A stretch of DNA of 64,000 nt from Syntrophomonas sp. UBA5432 (GCA_002424365.1 DIRQ01000032.1:80245-144244), one strand, 5' to 3'; positions 38,687-49,152 are shown, counted from the first letter of the stretch. The notes: generated by a model from the sequence alone, not told the origin. A program made the numbers and translations.

Positions 38687-40060
38687 TTAGAACGGAATAC
38701 GGTTAGTTTTGGACCAGATCTTCATTTCTTTGGCCTCTTTAATCAGTTCATCACGGAAATCAGGGTGAGCAATATTAATAACAGCTTCCGCTTTACCCCA
38801 GATAGACAGGGCTTTCATATTGACTGCCCCATATTCGGTTACCAGGTACTGAACTACAGTACGGGGTACGGTTACTGCTGCACCTGGAGTTAACAGAGGA
38901 CGAATACGGGAATGGACTTTGCCTTCTTTATCTTTATAGGTAGAGGAAAAGGCCAGGAAGGCCTTACCGCCCTTGGAATGGAAGGCACCGATAACAAAGT
39001 CTAACTGTCCGCCGGTTCCAGAGATCTGGCGTAATCCGGAGGATTCTGAGCAAACCTGGGTTAAGAGGTCTACTTCCAGAATATTGTTAATAGCAATCAT
39101 GTTATCATGCATGGCAATACGATTAGGGTTATTAGTGTAGTTTACCGTACAGGAAGCACAGAGCGGGTTATCATCCAGGAAGTCATAGGTTTCCTGGGTA
39201 CCCAGGCAGAAGGAATAGGTACTCTTGTTAATATCATAGGCCTTACGGGCGTTGGTAATTTTACCTTTTTCATACATTTTTACATAGGCATCACAAAACA
39301 TCTCACTCTGTACACCCAGATCTTTAAGGTCAGAGTCGGCCAGCATAGTACCCAGCAAATTGGGCATAGCCCCTATTCCTAGCTGGATGCAAGCACCGTC
39401 AGGAATGTATTCCATTATGTAGCCGGCAATTTTGGTTTCTTCGGGAGTGGGAGCAGCGGAAGGCGGAGTGGCAAAAATGGGAGAATTACTCCCTTCAATG
39501 ATATAGTCAATTTCACTGATATGAACATATTCATCATTACCACCGAGACAACGGGGCATATTTTCATTTACTTCAACTATAGCTACACGCTTACTTGCCA
39601 GGGCTACTCCTCGGTTATGAGAATTTCCCAGGCCGAAGTTAAAACAACCATTTTTATCCATGGGTGTTACTTGAGATACCCAAACATCAGGCCAGAGTTC
39701 ATAAAAATCGCGGTTATAGGCCAGAATAGTTGCTTCATGATAGTTAAATGGATTATGGCAGGCTAGCCCAAAATCACAAGCCTTGCGGTCTATGGCGGTG
39801 AAAAACCAGTTAAACCACTGGAAGCTTTTTTGCTCCGGGTCACCCTGAATAACCTGAGGCACTGGTAATACCGAACCGGTACCGCGAATAGCTACATTCT
39901 TTAAGTCTGGTTCTCCTGCTCTCTTGGCGAGAGCCACATCAAAATCAACTGGTTTAGTGGCAAACATGCCGTATTCAATAATATCGTTGGATTGGACGAG
40001 TCTTGCTGCTTCTTCAGCGGTAATTAATTTACGTTTATACTCTTCTAAAAAAGTACTCAA
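38687..40060 (-). CDS. acetyl-CoA hydrolase/transferase family protein (butyryl-CoA:acetate or 4-hydroxybutyrate CoA-transferase-like)
   Basis: 457 aa. The N-terminus ...EEYKRKLITAEEAARLVQSNDIIEYG and the GTGGQLDF region are typical of family I CoA-transferases of this type. TTG start. Confidence 0.82.
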   Translation of the reverse strand: MSTFLEEYKRKLITAEEAARLVQSNDIIEYGMFATKPVDFDVALAKRAGEPDLKNVAIRGTGSVLPVPQVIQGDPEQKSFQWFNWFFTAIDRKACDFGLACHNPFNYHEATILAYNRDFYELWPDVWVSQVTPMDKNGCFNFGLGNSHNRGVALASKRVAIVEVNENMPRCLGGNDEYVHISEIDYIIEGSNSPIFATPPSAAPTPEETKIAGYIMEYIPDGACIQLGIGAMPNLLGTMLADSDLKDLGVQSEMFCDAYVKMYEKGKITNARKAYDINKSTYSFCLGTQETYDFLDDNPLCASCTVNYTNNPNRIAMHDNMIAINNILEVDLLTQVCSESSGLRQISGTGGQLDFVIGAFHSKGGKAFLAFSSTYKDKEGKVHSRIRPLLTPGAAVTVPRTVVQYLVTEYGAVNMKALSIWGKAEAVINIAHPDFRDELIKEAKEMKIWSKTNRIPF

Positions 40061-40261
40061 GACATAAACCCCCCTCTAAGTTTTTTTTTCTACGACAACA
40101 ACCTAACAATTGCCCCCCCACCCTAGGCATATTTTACATTCCTAGTATATATTAGAATATTCGCACAAAAATGTAGATATCCTCTTAGAAAACAAAGTCT
40201 AAATATTCTGAATATTTGACCAAGTAGGTTTCCGGTCGTTTCCAATTAGCCCTCCACATAT

Positions 40262-40312
40262 CCAGAGGCCATACGTAAATAGTATAGGTAACCACCCATG
40301 AAAATGGCCCCA
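40262..40312 (-). repeat. intergenic repeat module 2 (reverse)
   Basis: The rc reads GGGGCCATTTTCATGGGTGGTTACCTATACTATTTACGTATGGCC. Confidence 0.55.
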
Positions 40313-40330
40313 AAGTCAGAAGCGAGGACG

Positions 40331-40446
40331 ATAGAGTAAGGGAAGTATTTTCATTCCAAACCCTTTACCCCTATTTCTAAACCAATAATCAAGTTATAAA
40401 TCTTAGTGCTTTTCATAAGACAAATTTGTTATCAGCGCCTTTTTTC
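40331..40446 (-). repeat. intergenic repeat module 1 (reverse) with short inverted G-rich partner
   Basis: ATAGAGTAAGGGAAG...CAAACCCTTTACCCCTATTTCTAAACCAATAATCAAGTTATAAATCTTAGTGCTTTTCATAAGACAAATTTGTTATCAGCGCCTTTTTTC. Confidence 0.75.
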
Positions 40447-40574
40447 TTATTAGCCAGGTCTTATTTTATTACCACATTTGGGAAAACTAATAAATAAAGA
40501 ATTCACCCGTTTTCACCAGATAGAGAAAAATTTTAAATTTAAATTTTTAGAATTGCATATCAAAGGAGTGACTT

Positions 40575-41630
40575 ATGTTTACCACCCGGATAATCGATAT
40601 AAAAGAAAAAGATAGTTTTAATAAATTTATTGCCTTTCACCGTAAAGGCCATTTTTTGCAGTTATGGGAATGGGGTGAGGTGAAAAAAGGTATGGGTTGG
40701 GAACCTCTACCCCTGGTATTGGAGCATGATGGAGAAATACGGGCATCTCTGCTTATATTAAAACGCAAACTACCACTACCGATATTAAAAAGGTGCATTT
40801 TTTATTCACCCCGGGGACCGGTAATAGACACAGATAGTGAGGAATTGGCCCAGGCCTTGTTTGCAGGGGCAAGTCGGGTAGCTAAAGAGCATGGAGCCAT
40901 ATTTTTAAAGATTGACCCTGACGTCGAAGTCGACAATGAAAGATTTAAAAATATTTTGCACGAATGTTCTTTTCGCCAGAATGAAACTGGATTAGACTTT
41001 GAAGGAGTCCAGCCTAACTTTGTCTTCCGATTAGATATTACACCTTCCGAAATAAGTTTACTTCAGAATATGCACTCCAAATGGCGATATAATATTCGAT
41101 TGGCAGGAAGAAAAGGGGTCAAGATTAGAACAGCAGAAGATAAAAATGATTTACAAGTTTTCTACCGTATTTTAGAAGAGACTGCCATCCGGGATAAGTT
41201 TCTTATCCGCGGATATGAGTATTTTGAATGGATATGGGATTATATGGTGGAGGGGGGTTATTCCCAGGTTTTCTTAGCGGAATACCAAGGACAGGTTATA
41301 TCTGCTGCTTTGGCTATGATACTAGGTAAAAAAGCCTGGTATCTATATGGTGCTTCCAGCAATGAACATCGTAATGTAATGCCTAACTACCTCATTCAGT
41401 GGGAAATGATTCGTTGGGCACGCCAGCAGGGATGTACTCTTTATGATTTTCGGGGAGTATCAGGAGACCTGGATGAAAGCAATCCTCTGTATGGATTGTA
41501 CCGCTTTAAAAAAGGATTTAATGGAGAATTTACTGAGTTTGTGGGGGAATGGGACCGGGTGTACTCATCAATTTTTTACTGGCTTTGGAACAGGGTTTTA
41601 CCACTGTATTTTAAGCTGACCAGGTCCTAA
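40575..41630 (+). CDS. FemAB-family peptidoglycan interpeptide-bridge aminoacyltransferase
   Basis: 351 aa. HFLQ...WGE.K...GWE and Y.YGAS....R...PNYL.QWE.I pattern of FemX/FemAB. Confidence 0.85.
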   Translation: MFTTRIIDIKEKDSFNKFIAFHRKGHFLQLWEWGEVKKGMGWEPLPLVLEHDGEIRASLLILKRKLPLPILKRCIFYSPRGPVIDTDSEELAQALFAGASRVAKEHGAIFLKIDPDVEVDNERFKNILHECSFRQNETGLDFEGVQPNFVFRLDITPSEISLLQNMHSKWRYNIRLAGRKGVKIRTAEDKNDLQVFYRILEETAIRDKFLIRGYEYFEWIWDYMVEGGYSQVFLAEYQGQVISAALAMILGKKAWYLYGASSNEHRNVMPNYLIQWEMIRWARQQGCTLYDFRGVSGDLDESNPLYGLYRFKKGFNGEFTEFVGEWDRVYSSIFYWLWNRVLPLYFKLTRS

Positions 41631-41651
41631 AGAACAACAGGAGGATAAGTT

Positions 41652-42848
41652 GTGCGAAAAATCCCCGCAGACCGGTGGCTGGAGATAGATATAGATGCTA
41701 TTATCCATAACCTGGAGCAGATAAAATCACGATTACCCGAACAGGCTCGGCTTATTGCGGTAGTTAAGGCTGATGCCTATGGTCATGGCGCAGTGGCAAC
41801 CGCCCGTATACTTTATCAGAATGGGGTAGACTTTTTCGGGGTTAGTTTTCTGGACGAAGCCTTAGCTTTACGTCGGGCTAGGATTCGAGCCAGTATCATG
41901 TTGTTTACTCCTCTAGTACATGAATATCAGGTAACCAAGGCTCTGGAAAACCACATAACAGTAACCGTTACCTCTCTCTATGACTGTCGTTTAGTGGATT
42001 TGATTAGCCGTCGCATGAATGTTAAGACTAATGTGCACCTGAAGGTTGATACAGGATTAGGGCGCTTTGGTCTAAATATAGATGAAGCAATTGAAGTTTG
42101 TCGAATACTACAATCTAACTCCTGCATATACATAGAGGGGATATATACTCATATGGCCGAAGCCGCTTCTAAAACCTATACTCAAAAACAGTTTGCCCGT
42201 TTCTTACACATTATTAATGAACTCGAGGGGGCTGGATTCAGGATACCAATGTGTCACTGTGCTAACAGTGCAATTTTTTTAAAATACCCGGAAATGCATT
42301 TAAATGCAGTAAGAATAGGAACTCTGATTTCTGGGGAATTACCGGCAGGTAAGTTTGTTAATAAATTAGATCTAATAGACCCTTATAAATATAAAAGTCG
42401 GATTATATCTTTACGTACTTTGGGTAAAGGAAGTTTTCTAGGATACAACCGAACCGCTCGCTTACATAAGCAGGCACAGGTTGCGGTTATTCCGGTAGGG
42501 TATAACCATGGATTGGCACTGCAGGTAGCTAATCGTCCTGCTAGCTGGCTGGATTTTTTGAAAGTTCTGATTAAGAGTATATTGGCTTATCTTAATTTAT
42601 CCCGGTTTATACTTAAGGTTAAAATTAATGGTTGTGAGTACCCTATAAGGGGCAAAGTGTTCATGCAGATGGCCCTGGTGGAGATTCCGCTTCAGGTGCA
42701 GATGAAAATTGGGGATGAAGTGGAGGTCCCGGTGCGAAAAACCCTGGCCATAAGGAATATTGACCGTATATATACAAAAAATAGAAAAGCCCCTAAAATA
42801 GATAATAGAAAGAGGAATATATATGCTTATAGGAGGATAGTTAAATGA
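41652..42848 (+). CDS. alr: alanine racemase
   Basis: AVVKADAYGHG (PLP lysine). C-terminal beta domain. GTG start. Confidence 0.9.
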   Translation: MRKIPADRWLEIDIDAIIHNLEQIKSRLPEQARLIAVVKADAYGHGAVATARILYQNGVDFFGVSFLDEALALRRARIRASIMLFTPLVHEYQVTKALENHITVTVTSLYDCRLVDLISRRMNVKTNVHLKVDTGLGRFGLNIDEAIEVCRILQSNSCIYIEGIYTHMAEAASKTYTQKQFARFLHIINELEGAGFRIPMCHCANSAIFLKYPEMHLNAVRIGTLISGELPAGKFVNKLDLIDPYKYKSRIISLRTLGKGSFLGYNRTARLHKQAQVAVIPVGYNHGLALQVANRPASWLDFLKVLIKSILAYLNLSRFILKVKINGCEYPIRGKVFMQMALVEIPLQVQMKIGDEVEVPVRKTLAIRNIDRIYTKNRKAPKIDNRKRNIYAYRRIVK

Positions 42849-43741
42849 ACAAAAAGCTGGCAGTAGGCCTCATAGTAGCATTTTTAGTTTTAATGGGAGT
42901 TTTATCAGTAAGGGTAGTCAATAAACCTGGTAATACCACTTCACTAAGGGGAAGTGCGGTAGTAGGGGTAATCGAAATTAATGGAGTTCTTGGCGGTGAG
43001 GCTACTTCGTTACTGACTGGAAGTTCTGCTGATAGCAACAGGATAATGAAAGCCATTAGGATAGCAGCCAAAAGACCGGATATTAAAGCAGTGATAGTGA
43101 GAATAAATAGCCCCGGAGGTACAGCGGTAGCTGCTCAAGAAATTGGCATTGAGCTGGATAAATTACGAAAAACCGGTAAACCCGTGGTAACTTCCATGGG
43201 AGATGTTTGTGCATCAGGTGGGTATTGGATTGCCTGTAGTAGTGATTATATTGTAGCCAATGGCACCACCCTGACCGGGAGTATTGGTGCTATTATGGAA
43301 ACAACTAACCTGGAAGGTCTCTATGATAAACTGGGTATAAGGCAGGAAGTATTTAAAAGTGGCGAGCATAAAGATATCGGTTCATCAGCCCGCGAAATTA
43401 CACCTCAGGAAAGAGAGATTCTTCAGTCAATAGTCAGTGATTCATATACTCAGTTTTTAAACCAGGTTAAACAAGGTCGCAAAGGCAAAATTGACCTGCT
43501 GGAACTTGAAAATATAGCTGATGGCCGAGTTTTTACTGGGGAAACGGCATTACAACTGGGATTGGTAGACAGTGTGGGAAATTACTATGACGCTGTTAAA
43601 CAGGCAGAAGACATGGCCGGAATCACTGAAGCAAGCCGAATAGAAGTTCTTAATTCGGAAAAACTGTGGGATAGTTTCCTATTAGGGACCAGGGCTAGTA
43701 AATTACTTCCTGCACAAAATATGTGGCAGCTTAAATATTAA
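42845..43741 (+). CDS. sppA: signal peptide peptidase SppA (36K type)
   Basis: N-terminal anchor. INSPGG, ASGGYWIA (Ser nucleophile region), GEHKD. Confidence 0.88.
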   Translation: MNKKLAVGLIVAFLVLMGVLSVRVVNKPGNTTSLRGSAVVGVIEINGVLGGEATSLLTGSSADSNRIMKAIRIAAKRPDIKAVIVRINSPGGTAVAAQEIGIELDKLRKTGKPVVTSMGDVCASGGYWIACSSDYIVANGTTLTGSIGAIMETTNLEGLYDKLGIRQEVFKSGEHKDIGSSAREITPQEREILQSIVSDSYTQFLNQVKQGRKGKIDLLELENIADGRVFTGETALQLGLVDSVGNYYDAVKQAEDMAGITEASRIEVLNSEKLWDSFLLGTRASKLLPAQNMWQLKY

Positions 43742-43760
43742 ACTGGGGAGGAGAGGAATA

Positions 43761-44345
43761 ATGTCTCTAATTGATATTATTTATGGTATCTTTTTTGACC
43801 CTGTTCCTACATTGAAGTATTTGGCACGAGAAAAACCTTTGGTACTAGGCTTATTAGTATATCTGGTTGCGTTTGTATTTAACTTAATAATTAATCATGG
43901 TCTGACCACATTAGATAGTGAGATTGCTGGCTTTATCCCTGATGGTAACCTCATCTGGGTTTTTGCTGGCATGGGGATAATATTATCTTTTTTTATACTA
44001 GCCTTAACAGCAGGATTATTTTCTCTATTAAGCGAAATATTTTACCAGCGGGGAAATGCCAGCGGGTTACTGGTATGTTTGAGTTTTTCAGTTATTCCAG
44101 GAGTTTTAGGTCCGCCCCTGCAGTATGGGGCTACTTTACTGGGAGTTAGCTGGCTAGGTGTCATATTTTCTTTACTTGCAGTAATATGGGTTGTGGTATT
44201 ACAAGTTCTTTCCCTACGTGAAGCTTTGGAGTTGCAAACCGGTCAGGCCATTTTATTATTTATATTGCCGGGTTTGTTCATTGTCCTTTTACTCTTAGGT
44301 TTTATTTTCATTATTGCTAAAACAATGCCATCATTTCCGGGATAA
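43761..44345 (+). CDS. Yip1-family membrane protein
   Basis: 194 aa, 5 predicted TM segments. The N-terminus IIYGIFFDPVPTLKYL is typical of bacterial YIP1-domain proteins. Confidence 0.65.
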   Translation: MSLIDIIYGIFFDPVPTLKYLAREKPLVLGLLVYLVAFVFNLIINHGLTTLDSEIAGFIPDGNLIWVFAGMGIILSFFILALTAGLFSLLSEIFYQRGNASGLLVCLSFSVIPGVLGPPLQYGATLLGVSWLGVIFSLLAVIWVVVLQVLSLREALELQTGQAILLFILPGLFIVLLLLGFIFIIAKTMPSFPG

Positions 44346-44410
44346 GAAGCAGGATATTTTATGCAGGTGTAGAAATAAATGGCATAAGCATATCCTGGGA
44401 GGTAAGGGCT

Positions 44411-44779
44411 ATGAAAAAAATTTTAATAGTAGACGACCAGAAAGGTGTCAGACGACTGCTGGAGGAGCTATTTAAAAAAGATGGGTGGAACGTCCAGTTA
44501 GCAGCCGATGGAAAGGAGGCAGTGGAGAGAACAGATGAGTTCTTACCTAACATAGTACTTATGGACATGAAAATGCCAAATATGAATGGTTTGGAAGCCT
44601 CGCGGATTATCTTAGAAAAATTCAATGATTTGGATATTATTATGATGACTGCGTATGGTGAGATGGACGTAGTTAAGGAAGCTCTGGATACTGGAGTAAG
44701 AAAATGTATAACAAAACCATTTGATATAATGAATTTACGTGATACGGTTAACCAAATGGCAGCCGAAAAAGTATCATAG
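44411..44779 (+). CDS. spo0F: single-domain response regulator, Spo0F-like
   Basis: 122 aa. KILIVDDQ.G.R.LL.E.F, MDMKMP, MTAYGE and KPFDI all align with B. subtilis Spo0F. Lies in the Bacillus spo0F position immediately upstream of fba-tal. Confidence 0.6.
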   Translation: MKKILIVDDQKGVRRLLEELFKKDGWNVQLAADGKEAVERTDEFLPNIVLMDMKMPNMNGLEASRIILEKFNDLDIIMMTAYGEMDVVKEALDTGVRKCITKPFDIMNLRDTVNQMAAEKVS

Positions 44780-44971
44780 TAATTTTTAATTAAGGTGCCT
44801 TTCAACTAATGGTGACCCTGTACTTAGTATGATCCTACTTGTTGTGCGGGTATAATGTAGCACTGAGTACCGGGGAACATAAGAGTTTGGGTATGTCTAT
44901 TTATTCGTATTAGTCCATAAATTATTATTTTTGCAGTAGAACCAGTTTTCAATAATTAAGAGGTGATATAA

Positions 44972-45826
44972 ATGGCATTGGTTACAGTAGATGAACTTTT
45001 ATTTAGGGCTGAGGAGGAAGGATATGCAGTAGGGGCTTTTAACGCCAATAATATGGAAATAGTACAGGCCATACTGGAGGCGGCCAAACAGGAGAATGCT
45101 CCAGTTATTATGCAAGCTAGCCAGGGTGCTATAAATTATGCGGGCCTGGATTTTATTACTGGAATGGTAAGGCTGGCTGCTACATCCTCAAAAGTTCCAG
45201 TAGCATTACACCTGGATCATGGAACAGATTTTGACCAGGTGGTAAGATGTATTCGTAGTGGTTTTACCTCGGTAATGTATGATGGCTCCAAATTATCGCT
45301 AGAGGAGAATATAGCCATTACTCGTAAGGTTCTAGATATGACCCGGCCTATTGGAGTATCGGTAGAGGCGGAACTAGGCAAAATTGGGGGAACAGAGGAT
45401 GATGTACATGTTAGCGAGAAAGATGCTATGTATACCGATCCTGAAGAGGCCCGCTATTTTGTGGAGCAAACTGGAGTTCACAGTCTGGCCATTGCTATAG
45501 GTACTGCCCATGGCCAGTATAAGGGAGAACCCAAACTGGACTTTGACCGCCTGGCAAAAATTAAATCGCTCGTTAAAATACCTATAGTTTTACATGGTTC
45601 TTCCGGTGTTCCCGATGAATCAATACGCCGGGCGATTGAACTGGGGGTTCGAAAAATAAATATTGATACTAACATTCGAGAGGCCTTTGTTGGAGAAATG
45701 CGCCGAGTAATGATGGATAAACCTGATGAAATAGATCCCCGTAAAATTCTGGGACCGGCCCGGGAAGCAGCAACAGCTATAATTTCTGAAAAAATTCGAC
45801 TTTTTGGCAGCTCCGGCAAGGCCTAA
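44972..45826 (+). CDS. fba: class II fructose-1,6-bisphosphate aldolase
   Basis: 284 aa. GAFN.NN.E, HLDHG and TAHG.YK motifs. Confidence 0.93.
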   Translation: MALVTVDELLFRAEEEGYAVGAFNANNMEIVQAILEAAKQENAPVIMQASQGAINYAGLDFITGMVRLAATSSKVPVALHLDHGTDFDQVVRCIRSGFTSVMYDGSKLSLEENIAITRKVLDMTRPIGVSVEAELGKIGGTEDDVHVSEKDAMYTDPEEARYFVEQTGVHSLAIAIGTAHGQYKGEPKLDFDRLAKIKSLVKIPIVLHGSSGVPDESIRRAIELGVRKINIDTNIREAFVGEMRRVMMDKPDEIDPRKILGPAREAATAIISEKIRLFGSSGKA

Positions 45827-45920
45827 TAATTAACCTACCGTCATATAATATAGATGTAAATACTGGAGGAGTGAGAATAAATTTCAAGGGTTACAGGGGT
45901 GTACTAAGGAGGAACACATA

Positions 45921-46562
45921 TTGCGTATTTTTATTGATTCAGCTAATATTAACGAGGTAAGGGAAATTCATGCTCTGGGGTTTCTTTCTGGAGTAACCAC
46001 TAATCCTAGTCTAGTTGCCAAGGAGAAGCGAGATTACAAACAGGTAATAAAAGAGATATGTGATATAGTTGATGGCCCCATAAGCGCTGAAGTCATAGGG
46101 CTGGACTATGACTCTATGATTCGTGAAGGACAAGAACTGGCGGCTATTCACCGTAATGTGGTAATAAAAGTACCACTTACTGAAGAAGGGTTAAAAGCCA
46201 TTCATACTTTTCGGGAAAACGGGATAGCTACCAATGCCACCCTGGTATTTTCTGCCAACCAGGCTTTACTGGCAGCGCGGGCTGGAGCCAATTATGTTAG
46301 TCCTTTTGTTGGCAGGGTTGATGATACCAGTAATGATGGATTGCTTATGCTAAATGACATAATTACTGTGTTTGACCAGTATATGCTGGATACCGAAATT
46401 ATTGCTGCCAGTATCCGGCATCCTATGCATGTCACCCAATCCGCTATGATGGGCTCCCATATAGCTACCATACCTTATAATGTTATTAAGCAAATGCTTA
46501 AACATCCTCTAACCGATGCCGGGATAGAAAAATTTCTACACGATTGGAAGCAGGCGTTTTAG
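45921..46562 (+). CDS. tal: transaldolase / fructose-6-phosphate aldolase (short type)
   Basis: 213 aa. FIDSAN..E......G...[13 protein letters not shown] (Schiff-base Lys). TTG start after AAGGAGG. Confidence 0.9.
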   Translation: MRIFIDSANINEVREIHALGFLSGVTTNPSLVAKEKRDYKQVIKEICDIVDGPISAEVIGLDYDSMIREGQELAAIHRNVVIKVPLTEEGLKAIHTFRENGIATNATLVFSANQALLAARAGANYVSPFVGRVDDTSNDGLLMLNDIITVFDQYMLDTEIIAASIRHPMHVTQSAMMGSHIATIPYNVIKQMLKHPLTDAGIEKFLHDWKQAF

Positions 46563-46585
46563 GCAACAAATAGGAGGGTTTGGTC

Positions 46586-47581
46586 GTGGAGAGAGAATTA
46601 GCTCTTGAATTTGCAAGAGTAACCGAAGCTGCGGCTCTTGCTGCTGCCCGCTGGGTTGGAAGAGGGGATAAAGAAGCCGCTGACGATGCAGCTGTAACTG
46701 CTATGAGGGTTATGTTTGACTCGGTTTCTGTAGATGGAGTAGTGGTTATTGGGGAAGGAGAAATGGACGAAGCACCGATGCTTTATATCGGGGAAAAAGT
46801 TGGTAACGGTGTTCCTCCGGAGGTAGATATTGCAGTTGACCCCCTGGAAGGTACTAATATAGTAGCGAAAGGACTTACTGGGGCTATTGCGGTGCTGGCT
46901 GCGGCTCCTAGGGCTAGTCTTTTACATGCTCCCGACATGTACATGGATAAGATTGCCGTAGGTCCTGAATGTAAGGGGAGGGTTTATCTAGAAGCAACTG
47001 TAAAGGAAAACCTGCGTGAAGTAGCCCGGGCCCTAGGTAAGCTGATGAGTGAAGTAACGGTGGTAATTCTAGACCGTCCTCGTCACCAGGAAATAATTGA
47101 ACAGGTTCGAAGTGCGGGGGCCCGTATTAAACTAATCACTGATGGAGATGTATCGCCTGCAGTTGCTGCAGCCTATGATAACTCAGGAGTTGATATTCTA
47201 ATGGGTATAGGCGGGGCTCCAGAAGGGGTTATAACAGCCGTTGCGCTTAAATGCCTGGGAGGGGATTTTCAAGCCCGACTTTACCCGGAAGGTGAGGAAG
47301 CTGAGGAGGAAATTCGTCGCTGTCATGAGATGGGTATAACTAATGTAAATAAAATATTTACTATTGATGAACTGGCCAGATCCGATGATGTTATTTTTGC
47401 TGCTACAGGTATAACTGATTCATTTTTGCTTAATGGCGTACGCTATAATAAAAGGCGTGCTATAACCCAAACCCTGGTTATGAGAAGCAAATCAGGAACC
47501 ATAAGACATATCGAAGCCACCCATCATCCGGATAAAAAACCATTGTTTAAAGATGAACGTATAAAATTAAAACTAGATTAA
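46586..47581 (+). CDS. glpX: class II fructose-1,6-bisphosphatase
   Basis: ERELALEFARVTEAAALAAARWVGRGDK, GEGEMDEAPML, DPLEGT. GTG at 46586 has better SD spacing than the ORF-track TTG at 46580. Confidence 0.92.
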   Translation: MERELALEFARVTEAAALAAARWVGRGDKEAADDAAVTAMRVMFDSVSVDGVVVIGEGEMDEAPMLYIGEKVGNGVPPEVDIAVDPLEGTNIVAKGLTGAIAVLAAAPRASLLHAPDMYMDKIAVGPECKGRVYLEATVKENLREVARALGKLMSEVTVVILDRPRHQEIIEQVRSAGARIKLITDGDVSPAVAAAYDNSGVDILMGIGGAPEGVITAVALKCLGGDFQARLYPEGEEAEEEIRRCHEMGITNVNKIFTIDELARSDDVIFAATGITDSFLLNGVRYNKRRAITQTLVMRSKSGTIRHIEATHHPDKKPLFKDERIKLKLD

Positions 47582-47617
47582 TTAGTATTCAGGGGATTAA
47601 AGTCTTTTATATACTGG

Positions 47618-47623
47618 TATAAT
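47618..47623 (+). promoter_or_regulatory. candidate extended -10 (TGgTATAAT) for rho
   Basis: TGGTATAAT read at 47615-47623, about 250 nt upstream of the rho start. Confidence 0.35.
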
Positions 47624-47659
47624 AGAACTAGAAGTTAAATAAATAGCAGGATAGTAGTT

Positions 47660-47813
47660 TGCGTTTTCCTGCCGCAAACCTTCGCGTGGCATCATTGCCT
47701 GCCTGGTCTGATTCATTTCGTATCCTACAAATCCAAAAGGTCGTTTTGTTTTTCGTTAATCTAATAGTTCTGTGATAAAACACTTGAGTAAGGTGTAGTC
47801 CTATTTATCACAG
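47660..47813 (+). promoter_or_regulatory. long rho 5' leader: C-rich/G-poor tract plus strong hairpin
   Basis: CCTTCGCGTGGCATCATTGCCTGCCTGGTCTGATTCATTTCGTATCCTACAAATCCAAAAGG is pyrimidine/C-rich. A perfect 10-bp stem pairs CTGTGATAAA (47770-47779) with TTTATCACAG (47804-47813). Confidence 0.45.
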
Positions 47814-47874
47814 GAATCTTTAGGAGTCGCTATGTTTGTGACCAAACATTCAATATATAGAAAGGAGGAAGTTC

Positions 47875-49152
47875 TTGAACATATCTGAATTAGACAATAA
47901 GACTATGTTAGAGCTTTATCAGATTGCAAGGGATCATAATCTTTCCGGTTATTCCCGGTTGCGTAAGAAGGAGCTTGTTTTTGAAATAACTAAGGCTATG
48001 ACTCAAGCAGATGAACTACTAGAGGCGCAGGGAGTACTGGATATTATGCAAGACGGATACGGTTTCTTAAGGCCTTTTACTTACCTTCCCAGCCAGGATG
48101 ATATTTATGTTTCCCCTTCCCAAATTAGAAAATTTGAATTACGTACCGGAGACCGAGTAGGAGGTCAGGTGAGGTCACCCAAAGATAATGAGCGCTTTTT
48201 TGCTCTATTAAGAGTACAAAACGTTAACGGCTTTCCGCCTGATGATTCCGTAAAAAGAATCCATTTTGATGCACTAACCCCTTTATATCCAAGACAACGT
48301 TTAGTTTTAGAAACCTCTTCCCAGGAGTTATCGACTCGTATAATTGATTTGGTAGCTCCTATAGGAAAAGGGCAACGTGGATTAATTGTTGCTCCTCCTA
48401 AAGCGGGGAAAACCATCTTATTACAAAAAATTGCTCAGGGAATTACCGCTAATCATCCGGAAATTGAGGTTATTATTCTATTGGTTGATGAAAGACCGGA
48501 AGAAGTAACTGACATGCAGCGCTCTACCAAGGCGGAAGTGGTAGCTTCAACCTTTGATGAACCACCGGAAAACCATGTTAAGGTTACTGATATGGTACTG
48601 GAGAGAGCTAAACGTTTAGTTGAGCACAAAAAAGATGTAGTAATACTCATGGATAGTGTTACCCGTATGGCTAGAGCTCACAATCTGGTGGTTCCCCCCA
48701 GTGGAAGAACTCTTTCTGGTGGTATAGACCCGGCCTCTTTGGATAAACCAAAACGGTTTTTTGGTGCTGCCCGCAACATAGAGGAGGGTGGTAGCCTGAC
48801 TATAATAGCTACAGCCCTGGTGGAAACTGGTTCCCGAATGGATGAGGTAATATTTGAAGAGTTTAAAGGGCGAGGTAATATGGAACTGGTTTTAGATAGG
48901 AAATTAGCAGAGAGACGGATTTTCCCAGCTATCGATTTAAAACGTTCAGGAACCCGTAAAGAGGAATTGCTCTTCAGTCCAGAGGAATTGGAATTAACCT
49001 GGAATTTGCGTAATACTTTCAGTGATTATAGCCCGGTGGAAACCATGCAGATGATGATTGATACTATGAGAAAAAGTAAGTCCAATAAAGACTTATTACG
49101 AGCCGCTCCTCTAGTTTTCGGTAAGAAGGAATATGCCCGTAATGCCTATTAG
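47875..49152 (+). CDS. rho: transcription termination factor Rho
   Basis: 425 aa. N-terminal RNA-binding domain (GYGFLR), Walker [11 protein letters not shown] start after AAGGAGG. Confidence 0.96.
   Translation: MNISELDNKTMLELYQIARDHNLSGYSRLRKKELVFEITKAMTQADELLEAQGVLDIMQDGYGFLRPFTYLPSQDDIYVSPSQIRKFELRTGDRVGGQVRSPKDNERFFALLRVQNVNGFPPDDSVKRIHFDALTPLYPRQRLVLETSSQELSTRIIDLVAPIGKGQRGLIVAPPKAGKTILLQKIAQGITANHPEIEVIILLVDERPEEVTDMQRSTKAEVVASTFDEPPENHVKVTDMVLERAKRLVEHKKDVVILMDSVTRMARAHNLVVPPSGRTLSGGIDPASLDKPKRFFGAARNIEEGGSLTIIATALVETGSRMDEVIFEEFKGRGNMELVLDRKLAERRIFPAIDLKRSGTRKEELLFSPEELELTWNLRNTFSDYSPVETMQMMIDTMRKSKSNKDLLRAAPLVFGKKEYARNAY

Noticed and set aside
44359-44805. 148-aa ORF on the minus strand.
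   Set aside because: It is fully antisense to the Spo0F-like receiver gene, which has strong family motifs.
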